Source: Polyangiales bacterium (GTDB taxonomy: Bacteria; Myxococcota_A; Polyangia; Polyangiales; Polyangiaceae). Taken from it: a DNA stretch of 64,000 nucleotides. Both the position numbers and the translations under genes were made by a program. Location: positions 32,001-96,000 of the forward strand of contig JBBRLQ010000013.1 in NCBI GenBank assembly GCA_038231275.1. The letters run 5' to 3'. This document shows positions 55,741-64,000 of this stretch, piece by piece. Each line of letters opens with the position of its first letter. Position 1 is the first letter of the stretch. A model generated the notes under the pieces. The model did not search any database. It worked only from the letters and a program-made list of their open reading frames with translations, and was not told the DNA's origin.

Positions 55741-57938
55741 GCCTCCCTCCGGTTGCCGCCTGCCAGCTCCTGCTTCGACGAGAGCTTGACGACGTATTTG
55801 GCGAAGAGCTTTCTCTTCTGGCCTGCCTCCACGGTAACCGTCCAGCGGTAGCCTCCGTCGAGCGTTTGGTCCTGGGACCACTCTTTCCACGCGGGCTCCA
55901 CCGTCTCGACGGTGACCTCGATGTCCTTCTCGTCTTTGCGCGTCACCGGCACGCGCTCGCGAACTTCGAGCTCGGCGGGGGCGCTCGTGCCGTTGTGGAC
56001 GTCGACCTCGATCTCGTGCACGAGCGAAAGGCCGCCGCCGAGGAGACCGGTCGACTTCTCCGCGAAGGAGGTGTTGCGCGCGATCTTGATCGCCTGCTCG
56101 ACGCCGAGGCCGAGGCGCACCTTGCCGCGCGGCGGGGTCGGTGGGACGCGCGTGGTCATCAGGTACGCGCCGCCCTGGTAGACGTCGAGCGGACCGCGCG
56201 GCAACGCGGCGTCGATGGGGCTGTGGAGCTCGAGGACGCGGAAGACGTCCTGCGTCTCACGCGGGACGGCGACGTGGGTGACGCGCGACTCGGTCTTGTA
56301 GACGCCGAGCGGCAGCACGTGGAACGCGCCGTCGGAGGGAACGTTCACCGTGCCGGTCGCGACGTACGCGTAGTCGAAGTCGTTCGAGCGCGAGATCGGC
56401 TCGTGCCCGGGGGGCAGCGCGTCGTCGCCGATGCTCGCGCGCTGGACGGCGACGCGGATCACCGTGAGCACGTCGATCGACACTGACGCGCCGAGCGCCT
56501 CGAGGTACAGAGACGACGCGCTCGCGGCCACCAGCGCGCCGCGACCGCTCGACGTCGGATCGAGCATGCGGAGACGACCGTACGAGAGGGCCTGCAGATC
56601 GAGCCCGGTGGCCCGCGGCTCCGCCTCTTCCACGCTCCCGGCCTCACCGTACGAAGCCGCGGAGGCGCGCCGCTTCATCATCGGCTCCGCGAGCGCCGCA
56701 CCCCCGAACATTCCCACTCCTCCGCGCGGGGCCGCGAGCGACAGGGACTGCGGCGGCGGCATCATCATGGCCGCCATTGGCGCCATTGGCGCCATGGGCG
56801 CCCCGGTCGGCATCCTCGCCCCCGGGCGCGCGGGGGGAGAAGGCGCCGACAGCGCGTCGACCTCGCGCGCAAATGCCGGCATCCCGGCGGCGGGCTGGCG
56901 CACGACGGTTCGCATGTCCTCGACCGGCGTGTTCTCGTCGTCGTACCCCTTCGACGCGGAGACGCGCATCGTGACCTCGTCGTCCCCGATCGAGCGCGAG
57001 AGGAAATCCTCCACCTCTTGCCGCGACTGCCGCGGCGGCCCGAACGCGCGATCGCGATCGGCGTAGAGCTCCAGCGCCCCCACCGGCGGCTCACGCCAAC
57101 CACGCGGCGGCTTCCCTCGCTGCGCGCGCCCGATGCGGACGCTCTTCAGCGTCGGAAGCTCGGTCCACGCCGCGGCGTCGGCGGTCGACAAGATGAGACG
57201 CGCGCCCGTCCAGTCCTCGCCGCTCCGCTGCGCGACCGCCGCGCGCAGCGACAGCTCGGCCCCTTTCCCGCCCGCGCCGAGCGCGACCGAATACGACGGC
57301 GACCAGCGCGCGCCGGGAACCATGTATTCTACATGCAAAAGACCCTTTGCCGAGCCATCCAGCGTGACGATGACGCTCTTGAAGAGCTCATGCTCCTTGG
57401 GGTTCCTCGCCGTCGTCACCCGCGCTGCGCGATCGCGCAGCGATGCGTTCAGTCGTTCCGCCACCACCAGCGTTCGTTCGAGCGTCGCCAGCTCCTCGGC
57501 GAGGCGCGCTTGCTCCTCGGAACGAAACGCGACGAGGGCGCGGCGCGCGGCGGCGGGCGACGTCATCGGCGGCTCCCCTTCCTTGCCTTTGGGCCGCGCG
57601 AGGATCGCGATCGATTGCACGCGCGCGATCATGGCTCCGACCCGCTCGACCTCGGCGCGGATGCGAGCGACGTCGAGCTGCGCGGCGTGGAGCTCTTCGT
57701 CACGAGGGGGCGCGAGGGCGGCGTCGTCCGGCGGGACCTCCAGGGTGACCCGAAGATCGGTCGCGGCGCCTTCCCCGTCGATGCGCGCACGGATGGACCC
57801 GTCGTCGAGCGTCAGGGGCAGCCGCACCAGACGGACGCGCCTCTCGGACGACGCCGGAAGCTCGGCGACCCGCTCGACGCGCGCGCCGGAGCGGAAGACT
57901 GTGACCTCGTGGACGCGTGACTCGAGCGCGGTGCTCAT
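55737..57938 (-). CDS. DUF4139/DUF4140 family protein
   Basis: V.VFRSGA.V.R, Y.VPGARW.P.Y, V.Q.SGEDW, VPSDG, V.ER.PV. Confidence 0.85.
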   Translation of the reverse strand: MSTALESRVHEVTVFRSGARVERVAELPASSERRVRLVRLPLTLDDGSIRARIDGEGAATDLRVTLEVPPDDAALAPPRDEELHAAQLDVARIRAEVERVGAMIARVQSIAILARPKGKEGEPPMTSPAAARRALVAFRSEEQARLAEELATLERTLVVAERLNASLRDRAARVTTARNPKEHELFKSVIVTLDGSAKGLLHVEYMVPGARWSPSYSVALGAGGKGAELSLRAAVAQRSGEDWTGARLILSTADAAAWTELPTLKSVRIGRAQRGKPPRGWREPPVGALELYADRDRAFGPPRQSRQEVEDFLSRSIGDDEVTMRVSASKGYDDENTPVEDMRTVVRQPAAGMPAFAREVDALSAPSPPARPGARMPTGAPMAPMAPMAAMMMPPPQSLSLAAPRGGVGMFGGAALAEPMMKRRASAASYGEAGSVEEAEPRATGLDLQALSYGRLRMLDPTSSGRGALVAASASSLYLEALGASVSIDVLTVIRVAVQRASIGDDALPPGHEPISRSNDFDYAYVATGTVNVPSDGAFHVLPLGVYKTESRVTHVAVPRETQDVFRVLELHSPIDAALPRGPLDVYQGGAYLMTTRVPPTPPRGKVRLGLGVEQAIKIARNTSFAEKSTGLLGGGLSLVHEIEVDVHNGTSAPAELEVRERVPVTRKDEKDIEVTVETVEPAWKEWSQDQTLDGGYRWTVTVEAGQKRKLFAKYVVKLSSKQELAGGNRREA

Positions 57939-58033
57939 GGGGCGACCATTGCACGCGCGGAAACACGTCCGGTCAAGGCCGGACGCGGGCGATCCTCCTG
58001 CCGCCCACGTGTCCTCCCCTGTACGATGGCCGG

Positions 58034-59323
58034 GTGCCGTTCGTCGCCTTCGGGGCCCTGACGATGACGCTCGCCCTCGTAGTCGGGCGTCCGCGTGTCC
58101 GCGGGGTGCCGGTGTCGCCGCTGGTCGGCGCGATCCCGGGCGTCGTCGCGATGCTCGCGTTCGGGGTGCTCTCGCCGTCCGACCTCGTCCGGGGAGCGAC
58201 GATGCTCTGGCGGCCGCTCCTCACGATCGCCTGCATCATGTCGACCACCTCGGTCGCGCACCGCCTCGGCATCTTCGACCGCGCCTCACGCGCGATCGAG
58301 ATCCGCACCCGCGGACCGGTCTCGCGCGCGTTCACCGCCACCTACGTCATCTGCGCGACCACGGCCACGCTCTTCAACAACGACGCGGCGATCCTGCTGC
58401 TGACGCCGGTGATCGTCCCGGTCGTCCGGCGCATGTACCCGAAGCGGCCGTACCTGGTTCTCCCGTTCGCGTTCGCGATCTTCACGTCGGCGGGCGTCGC
58501 GCCGCTGTCGACTTCGAACCCGATGAATCTGGTCGTCGCCGAGCAAGCGCACATCGCCTTCAACGGCTACGCGCTGCGGATGATCCCGGTGGCGCTCGTG
58601 GGAACGGTCGTCTCCTATTTGATGCTGCGGCTCGCGTACCGGAAGGAGCTCGACGACTCCGTGCCCGCGGGCGGCGCCGAGCTCGGCTCGCTTCAGCCGC
58701 TGGAGCCGACGTCGTACGGCGTGCTCGGGATCGTGGCGCTCGTCTTCCTCTCCTACCCGCTCTTGTCGTATTTCGACGGACCGGTGTGGGTCGCCGCGAC
58801 CGGAGGCGCGCTTTTCACGGCGGCGCTCGGCCTGCGCAGCTCCGAGGTGACGTTGACCACGCTGCGCACCGGCGTCGCGTGGGAGATCCTTGGATTTCTC
58901 TACCTCATCTTCGTGACGGCGCTCGGCCTCGAGAACGTCGGCATCGCGCGATGGCTCGCCGAGGTGTACGGCGCGCCGTCGAGCCTGCCGGGATCGCTGG
59001 CCGCGATCGCCGGCACGAGCGCGCTCGGTTCGGCGATCATGAACAACCACCCGATGGCTGCGCTGAACGCCCTCGTCATGCGCACGCTGCCAGGCGACGT
59101 GACCTGGCAAACGCTGGCCGCGCTCGTCGGCGGAGATCTCGGCCCGCGCCTCTTGCCGATGGGATCTCTGGCGGGGCTCTTGTGGCTCGACATGGCCGCG
59201 CGCCTCGGCGCGACGGTGCGCACGCGGGATTTCGTGCGCGTCGGAGTGATGACCAGCCTCCCCGCGCTCGCCGCGTCGCTCGCGGTGCTATGGCTCGAGG
59301 CCGTGCTTTGGCCTGCCGGATAG
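58034..59323 (+). CDS. ArsB/NhaD (ion transporter superfamily) permease
   Basis: NNDAA.L.LTP, SNP.NL, NNHP, G.DLGP...P.GSLA.LLW. Confidence 0.85.
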   Translation: MPFVAFGALTMTLALVVGRPRVRGVPVSPLVGAIPGVVAMLAFGVLSPSDLVRGATMLWRPLLTIACIMSTTSVAHRLGIFDRASRAIEIRTRGPVSRAFTATYVICATTATLFNNDAAILLLTPVIVPVVRRMYPKRPYLVLPFAFAIFTSAGVAPLSTSNPMNLVVAEQAHIAFNGYALRMIPVALVGTVVSYLMLRLAYRKELDDSVPAGGAELGSLQPLEPTSYGVLGIVALVFLSYPLLSYFDGPVWVAATGGALFTAALGLRSSEVTLTTLRTGVAWEILGFLYLIFVTALGLENVGIARWLAEVYGAPSSLPGSLAAIAGTSALGSAIMNNHPMAALNALVMRTLPGDVTWQTLAALVGGDLGPRLLPMGSLAGLLWLDMAARLGATVRTRDFVRVGVMTSLPALAASLAVLWLEAVLWPAG

Positions 59324-60376
59324 GCCCCGGGCGTCCATCTCGACCTCTACTCGACCGACGGCGGCGCGCACGGGGCGACCGCCCGACGCCGACTGAACGA
59401 CGACACGATCGCGCGTGTCGGCGACCGCGGGCACAACGCCGAGATCGACGGGGCTGGCCCATTGGGGGCGGCCACGCGCGTCGTAGCGCGTCGCGATCAC
59501 GTGATCGCCGACAGGTCCAGGCCGCACGTCGCCGTACTGGACGAGGACGAGCGCGGCGTCCCCGTCGAACGCGATCGACAGAGGAGCGGGCGCGCGCCAC
59601 GGTGCTCCCACGTCGACGCCGTCGCGGCGCCACGCCATCGTCCCGTCCTCGCGAAGGAGCTGAGCGCGCGCGCCGCCGAGCCACGCGCACGTCGCGACCC
59701 ACCCGCGCGTGGGCCAGTACGCCGCCGAGAGATCGTCGCACGCGTCGACCTTCATGACCTGAAAGTCCGCGAAGGGGCCGCCCTCGGGATCCCAGATGCG
59801 CGCGGCGACGACCTTGGTGGGCGCGTCGTACGCGAAGAACGTCGCGCCTCCCGACGGGTGCGCCGTGATGGCGAGGTGCACAGCCGGAGGGATCATCCCC
59901 GCCGTCGGCCGTTCCTTGGACCAAAGGAGCCGATCCCCTTCGAGCGCGAGGACCATCGGATCGCTCTCGTCGCGCGAGGAGACGAGGATCATCCGTCGCC
60001 CGGCCGCGAGCGCGAGGCGCTGCACGAGGAACGGGCCCTTCGCGTCGCCGAAGTGCTTCTTCACGAGGTCGGCCTGCGACGCGAGGACCGAATCGACGTC
60101 GAGGCGCGCGATCGTCGCGCGGACGGACTCGCCGGCGGGAGCGCTCGCGACGCCTGCCGCGTCTGCCCCAGCTGCCGCGTCTGCCGCGTCTGCCGCAAGG
60201 GCAGTGGAAGGAGAGGGCGACAGCGACGCGGCCGAGGCGGAATCGGTCCCCGACGCCGCGCCAGGCCCCGCGTCGGTGGTCACGCCAGTTCTCCCGCAGC
60301 CGAAGAACGACGAGCCGAAGAAGACGGATGAGGAGGAGCAAAAGAGGAGAGCGGCGGAGACGCGGCGAGCCTTCAC
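59288..60376 (-). CDS. Hypothetical lipoprotein
   Basis: FFGC lipobox, D-A-G/A linker, globular beta-rich C-terminus. Confidence 0.7.
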   Translation of the reverse strand: MKARRVSAALLFCSSSSVFFGSSFFGCGRTGVTTDAGPGAASGTDSASAASLSPSPSTALAADAADAAAGADAAGVASAPAGESVRATIARLDVDSVLASQADLVKKHFGDAKGPFLVQRLALAAGRRMILVSSRDESDPMVLALEGDRLLWSKERPTAGMIPPAVHLAITAHPSGGATFFAYDAPTKVVAARIWDPEGGPFADFQVMKVDACDDLSAAYWPTRGWVATCAWLGGARAQLLREDGTMAWRRDGVDVGAPWRAPAPLSIAFDGDAALVLVQYGDVRPGPVGDHVIATRYDARGRPQWASPVDLGVVPAVADTRDRVVVQSASGGRPVRAAVGRVEVEMDARGLSGRPKHGLEP

Positions 60377-60599
60377 GATGCCAGGGTAGCGCGTCCGCCC
60401 GTGCGCTCGCGCGTACGTCCTCGCTGTACGATTCCAATCTCGCGGCAACGGCGGATCCACCTCTGGCGTACCGCTTTAGCCGCAGCGGTATCGACCGGAA
60501 ATCGCGCGTCTCCCCCGTGCCTCCGTCCTCGACCGGCTGCTACGTTTTTCTTGTTTTCGTCGTGTCCGTCGTCGCAAGGCGACAAAGTCGGAGGGATCG

Positions 60600-61334
60600 A
60601 TGGCCAACGTGGGCGCTGACAGCATGGACGACATCTGGTTCGTACAGCTTCCGAACGGGAACGTGAGGGCGTGGTCGCTCGACGAGCTCGACGCGGAGTT
60701 CCAGAAGGGCACGATCAACGAGGGCACGCTGGTTCGCCAGGGCGTCGCGCCGTGGACGAAGCTCTCGGCGCTGCTCGGCCTCGACGACGCGCCGCCGCCG
60801 ATCTCGAGCGGCATGGCGGTGTCGGTCAGCGTCGCGCCAGCGGCCATCGCGCCGTACCAGATCCCGAGCATGCCGCCGCCGCCCGTCGTGATGAGCCTCG
60901 ACGAAGACGTCGATCTCGATTTCATGGCGCCGCCGGCCTCGCGGAAGAAAAAGGTGATGATGGGCGTCGCCGCCGCGGCGCTCGTCCTGTGCGGCGGGGT
61001 CTTCGCGCTGACCAAGGTCACGTCCGGCGCGCCTGCTGCAGCCAGCGCCGTCGGCCAGAACGCAAACGCATCGATCGCGCAGATCGCCGCGCCCGCTCCC
61101 CCGCCTGCGCCCGTCGCCGCGCCCGCTGCCGCGCAACTCGACGCACCGAAGGGCGCACCGCTCACCGATCTCCAGAGGAAGGCGCTCCTCACCGCGGACA
61201 AGAACCGCGAGCGCGTCGCCAAAGAAGCCAAGGAGAAAAAGGCGAAGCTCGCCCCCGCTCGCCGCTCGCCGCGAAGCGCCAGCCCGTTCCACAAGAACGG
61301 CAGCAAGGGCGACCCGCTGAACATCACGTTCTGA
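60600..61334 (+). CDS. GYF_2/DUF4339-like membrane protein
   Basis: W.V....G......L.EL......G.I...TLV...G...W..L N-terminal motif; one TM. Confidence 0.7.
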   Translation: MANVGADSMDDIWFVQLPNGNVRAWSLDELDAEFQKGTINEGTLVRQGVAPWTKLSALLGLDDAPPPISSGMAVSVSVAPAAIAPYQIPSMPPPPVVMSLDEDVDLDFMAPPASRKKKVMMGVAAAALVLCGGVFALTKVTSGAPAAASAVGQNANASIAQIAAPAPPPAPVAAPAAAQLDAPKGAPLTDLQRKALLTADKNRERVAKEAKEKKAKLAPARRSPRSASPFHKNGSKGDPLNITF

Positions 61335-61360
61335 CCGGCACCCTGTCGTACGATGGCGCG

Positions 61361-62032
61361 ATGCTGACGCGCTTCGCCGACGACATCTGGACCGAGGCAC
61401 GCAGGGCCAAATTCTGGGGCCTCGAGACCGGCTCGCGCATGACGATCGTGCGCATGGAGAGCGGCGGGCTGTTCGTCCATTCGCCGCTCGGCCTCGACGA
61501 TGCAACGCGCGCGGAGGTCGACGCCATCGGACCGGTGCGCGCCGTGGTGGCGCCCAGCCTCTTTCATCACCTGCACGTCGGCGCGTGGATGAGGGCATAC
61601 CCCGACGCCGTCTTCGCCGCGATCCCGGGACTCGAGTGGAAGCGCCCCGATCTGGCGTTCACGTCGGTCATTGGCGACGAGCGCCACGCGGCGTGGACGC
61701 CCGATCTCGAGCAAGTCTACTTCTCTGCGCGGCGCGAAAACGAGGTCGTGTTCTTCCACACGAAGAGTCGGACGATGATCTGCGCCGACGCGCTCCTGAA
61801 CCTCTCGAAGCACGACCAGGCGTGGACGCGCTTCGTCGCTTCGTGGATCATGTGGAATCGCGCGCCCGGCACCGGACCGCTCGAGCATGTCATGGTGCGC
61901 AATCGCGACGTCGCGCGCCGGCAGGTCGAGCGCATCCTCGCGTGGGACATCGATCGCATCATCTTGTCACACGGCGCCCTCGTCGAAGGGGACGGCCGTG
62001 AGGTCGTGCGACGCGCGTACGCCTGGCTCTGA
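61361..62032 (+). CDS. DUF4336 domain protein (MBL-like)
   Basis: RMT.VR...GGL.VHSP, V.P...HHL, E..FFH..S.T.I..D, W..DRII..HG. Confidence 0.88.
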   Translation: MLTRFADDIWTEARRAKFWGLETGSRMTIVRMESGGLFVHSPLGLDDATRAEVDAIGPVRAVVAPSLFHHLHVGAWMRAYPDAVFAAIPGLEWKRPDLAFTSVIGDERHAAWTPDLEQVYFSARRENEVVFFHTKSRTMICADALLNLSKHDQAWTRFVASWIMWNRAPGTGPLEHVMVRNRDVARRQVERILAWDIDRIILSHGALVEGDGREVVRRAYAWL

Positions 62033-62076
62033 GCGGAGCGAAGCGCAGCGGAGCGAAACGCTCCTGCCGGAGAGCC
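62030..62076 (+). repeat. 47-bp REP-like dispersed repeat, copy 2
   Basis: 42/47 identical to 27142-27188; begins with the TGA stop of the DUF4336 gene. Confidence 0.8.
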
Positions 62077-62092
62077 GACTCGAGCGCCGCGC

Positions 62093-62449
62093 CTATTTCT
62101 TGATCGGCGCGCAGACGGCCTTCGGCACGAACACGCGCGCCGGAGAGCCAAGGAACGTGACCACCTCGGTGGACGCGCGCGCCGGCACGAGCACTCTCTG
62201 CGGCTCGGGGTTCACGTCCGTCGTGACGGTGCACGCCTCGTCCTGGGCGCACGCGTTCGCGAGGACGACGACGTGGTTGTATCCAGCGGCTCCGTAGCGC
62301 GCCTCAGCGCGGATCGCCACGCACGCGCGCGGCGGCGCGGGAGGTGCGGGATCCGCATGCACCGGCGCGGTAGCGAGGGCGAATGTCGCCGCCACGAACG
62401 CTCCGCCGAGCACCCTCGCGCTGCGCTTCGTCGTGGGTTCATGAGCCAT
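62093..62449 (-). CDS. Small secreted Cys-containing protein
   Basis: Signal peptide ending VHA; four Cys; GY.H.V...N.C....C.V.TDVNP. Confidence 0.75.
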   Translation of the reverse strand: MAHEPTTKRSARVLGGAFVAATFALATAPVHADPAPPAPPRACVAIRAEARYGAAGYNHVVVLANACAQDEACTVTTDVNPEPQRVLVPARASTEVVTFLGSPARVFVPKAVCAPIKK

Positions 62450-62451
62450 CG

Positions 62452-63048
62452 TCAGACCTCTTTCGACACGTGACGGAGCGACGCCGATAGGTTCGCGATC
62501 ACGCGCTCCAAGTTTCCCATGAGATCGGCCTCCGCGCTGCCCCACGCCCAAAACGAAATCATGAGCTGCTCGCCGAGCTGCTCGGCCGGAGGGAGCGCCA
62601 GGTAGCGCGCAGGCACGCGCGTCGTGCCGATGACGCCGAGCTCGAACAGTGCGTCACGCTCGGACAGGTCGCGATGGAGCGCGCCCGTGAGCCACGCGAC
62701 GTCGGGCGGCGACGCGTTCAGGGGAAGGTCGCGGAAGAGGACGATGATGCGCCCGGAGCACTCGAACGCGCGCGCCCGATCGGCCGTTCCGTTGGCGTGC
62801 GGCGCCGTGAACGCGCAGTCGCTCGACTCGAACGGCGAGTCGTCCCCGTTCAGCCACTCGAGGAGCGCGTAAAACCGGGTCACCGCCGCGTGATCTCCAA
62901 ACGGCACGAAATCCTCGAGCGCCGTGCGAATGAGCGAGGGCGTCGCGCGCAGATCGTAGTAGCGGAATGCCGCGCTCGTCACGGCGTCGGTCCACGGATG
63001 GGACCGCGGCTCGGTGAACGGCGGCCCGTCGTACTCGCAAGTCCTCAC
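62452..63048 (-). CDS. Hypothetical protein
   Basis: GTG start overlapping the upstream stop; RSHPW, LEDF, FES.DCAF, SFWAWG. Confidence 0.7.
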   Translation of the reverse strand: MRTCEYDGPPFTEPRSHPWTDAVTSAAFRYYDLRATPSLIRTALEDFVPFGDHAAVTRFYALLEWLNGDDSPFESSDCAFTAPHANGTADRARAFECSGRIIVLFRDLPLNASPPDVAWLTGALHRDLSERDALFELGVIGTTRVPARYLALPPAEQLGEQLMISFWAWGSAEADLMGNLERVIANLSASLRHVSKEV

Positions 63049-63533
63049 GGCGCGCGCGGAGGCTCCGGCGTCTCTTGGGGGAGGCGAAAGATGACGAGCT
63101 TGCGCATGGGATACGCGAAGCAGACGAAGACGACGAACGTGCCGAGGAAGCTCACCAGCTCTTGCGGCATGAAGGTGATGCGCGGGGAGAGGAACCGGAA
63201 GATGCTCCAATTGAGGAGGAGCGCGAAGAGCTCCGCGGCGACGAACAGACGAGCTTGCCGCGTGATCTTGCCGCGCTGCGCGCGAAACGTGAACGTGCGG
63301 TTGCCGAAGAATTGGAACGACGCGCCCGCGAGCAGCGCCGGCACACGAGCCGTTGTCGGCGCGAGACCGACCAGGTGGATGGACGTCGTGAGGACGGACA
63401 CATCGAGGATCGTCGCGCCACTCCCCACGATCAGCGCGCGCCCAAACCGCAGCGCGCGCTCCACGAACGGCTCTTTTGGCGTCGATTCGTCGCGTTCTGC
63501 CGGCAACACCGCTCTCAGGATAGCGCGGGGCAT
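63045..63533 (-). CDS. GtrA family membrane protein
   Basis: VG..AT..D, F..NR.FTF, four TM helices, ..K..IF. Confidence 0.85.
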   Translation of the reverse strand: MPRAILRAVLPAERDESTPKEPFVERALRFGRALIVGSGATILDVSVLTTSIHLVGLAPTTARVPALLAGASFQFFGNRTFTFRAQRGKITRQARLFVAAELFALLLNWSIFRFLSPRITFMPQELVSFLGTFVVFVCFAYPMRKLVIFRLPQETPEPPRAP

Positions 63534-63586
63534 AAAGCGGGGTAGGATCGTGTTTCGCGTTTCGTACGACGAACAGGAGGGTGGCC

Positions 63587-63976
63587 ATGTCCGCGAGAGA
63601 CCGCATCGAAGGGCTTACGAACAGCTGGTACGGCTTCGACCTCGTGGCAGGCGCGGTGGCGCTGCTCGACAGCGGCTTCGGATTCTTCTCGCTCCTCCGG
63701 GCGGCGGCCGCGGTGCTCTTCAGCTTCGCGCTGACGTGGTTCTTCGGGCGGCGCCTGCTCGCCAAGTCGAGCACGATGCGGATGTTCCTGCTCGTAGTGG
63801 CGGGCATCGGCGTCGTCTTCGGCGCCCTCGGCACCGCGCGCCTCGGGTGGACGTTCCTCCACGACTGGTCGATCGGGCTCCTCATCCAGACGGCGTTCAC
63901 CGGCTCGGCGGCGTGGATGTACCTCAGGTCGCTCCGCGCGCTCACGGACTCGCAGGTCAAGGCGTACTTCGACTGA
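63587..63976 (+). CDS. Small membrane protein
   Basis: AGGAGG RBS; four hydrophobic segments; C-terminal VKAYF. Confidence 0.75.
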   Translation: MSARDRIEGLTNSWYGFDLVAGAVALLDSGFGFFSLLRAAAAVLFSFALTWFFGRRLLAKSSTMRMFLLVVAGIGVVFGALGTARLGWTFLHDWSIGLLIQTAFTGSAAWMYLRSLRALTDSQVKAYFD

Positions 63977-64000
63977 CGATCGCGAGCGCGATCGCCGCAG

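Noticed and set aside
59288..59323. Convergent 3' overlaps (also 21045-21058)
   Set aside because: Short tail-to-tail overlaps are ordinary in compact high-GC genomes
58034..59323. Arsenic resistance operon
   Set aside because: Only an ArsB/NhaD-family permease is present, with no arsR or arsC, so the substrate cannot be assigned

Overview
High-GC, gene-dense chromosomal window from a myxobacterium (Myxococcota, probably Polyangiales), judged from the MYXO-CTERM protein, Ser/Thr kinases, TonB-fused receptor and many lipoproteins with D-A-G linkers. About 62 CDSs are supported, and I recognised no rRNA, tRNA, CRISPR array or transposase. Main content: (1) three clusters of c-type cytochrome lipoproteins, some with widened CX4-6CH motifs and one cluster behind a DUF3570 outer-membrane barrel; (2) a likely copper-handling operon (three YtkA/FixH-like lipoproteins, an outer-membrane barrel, a cytochrome c and a Cys/His-rich protein); (3) an envelope uptake region (divergent PstS-like protein, OprO/P-like porin, TonB-domain-fused TBDT) with GTNAC-N6-GTNAC boxes upstream, near a split phoB/phoR-like pair; (4) a lipoprotein truncated haemoglobin; (5) housekeeping and signalling genes including lon, a cfa-like methyltransferase, an aromatic amino acid decarboxylase, a kinase and a pseudokinase. 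The most unusual non-coding feature is a pair of related 237-271 bp branched-palindromic elements with interchangeable hairpin modules. Both lie between convergent genes and are bracketed by hairpins that include the neighbouring stop codons. All family assignments come from motif recognition by eye, not database searches.
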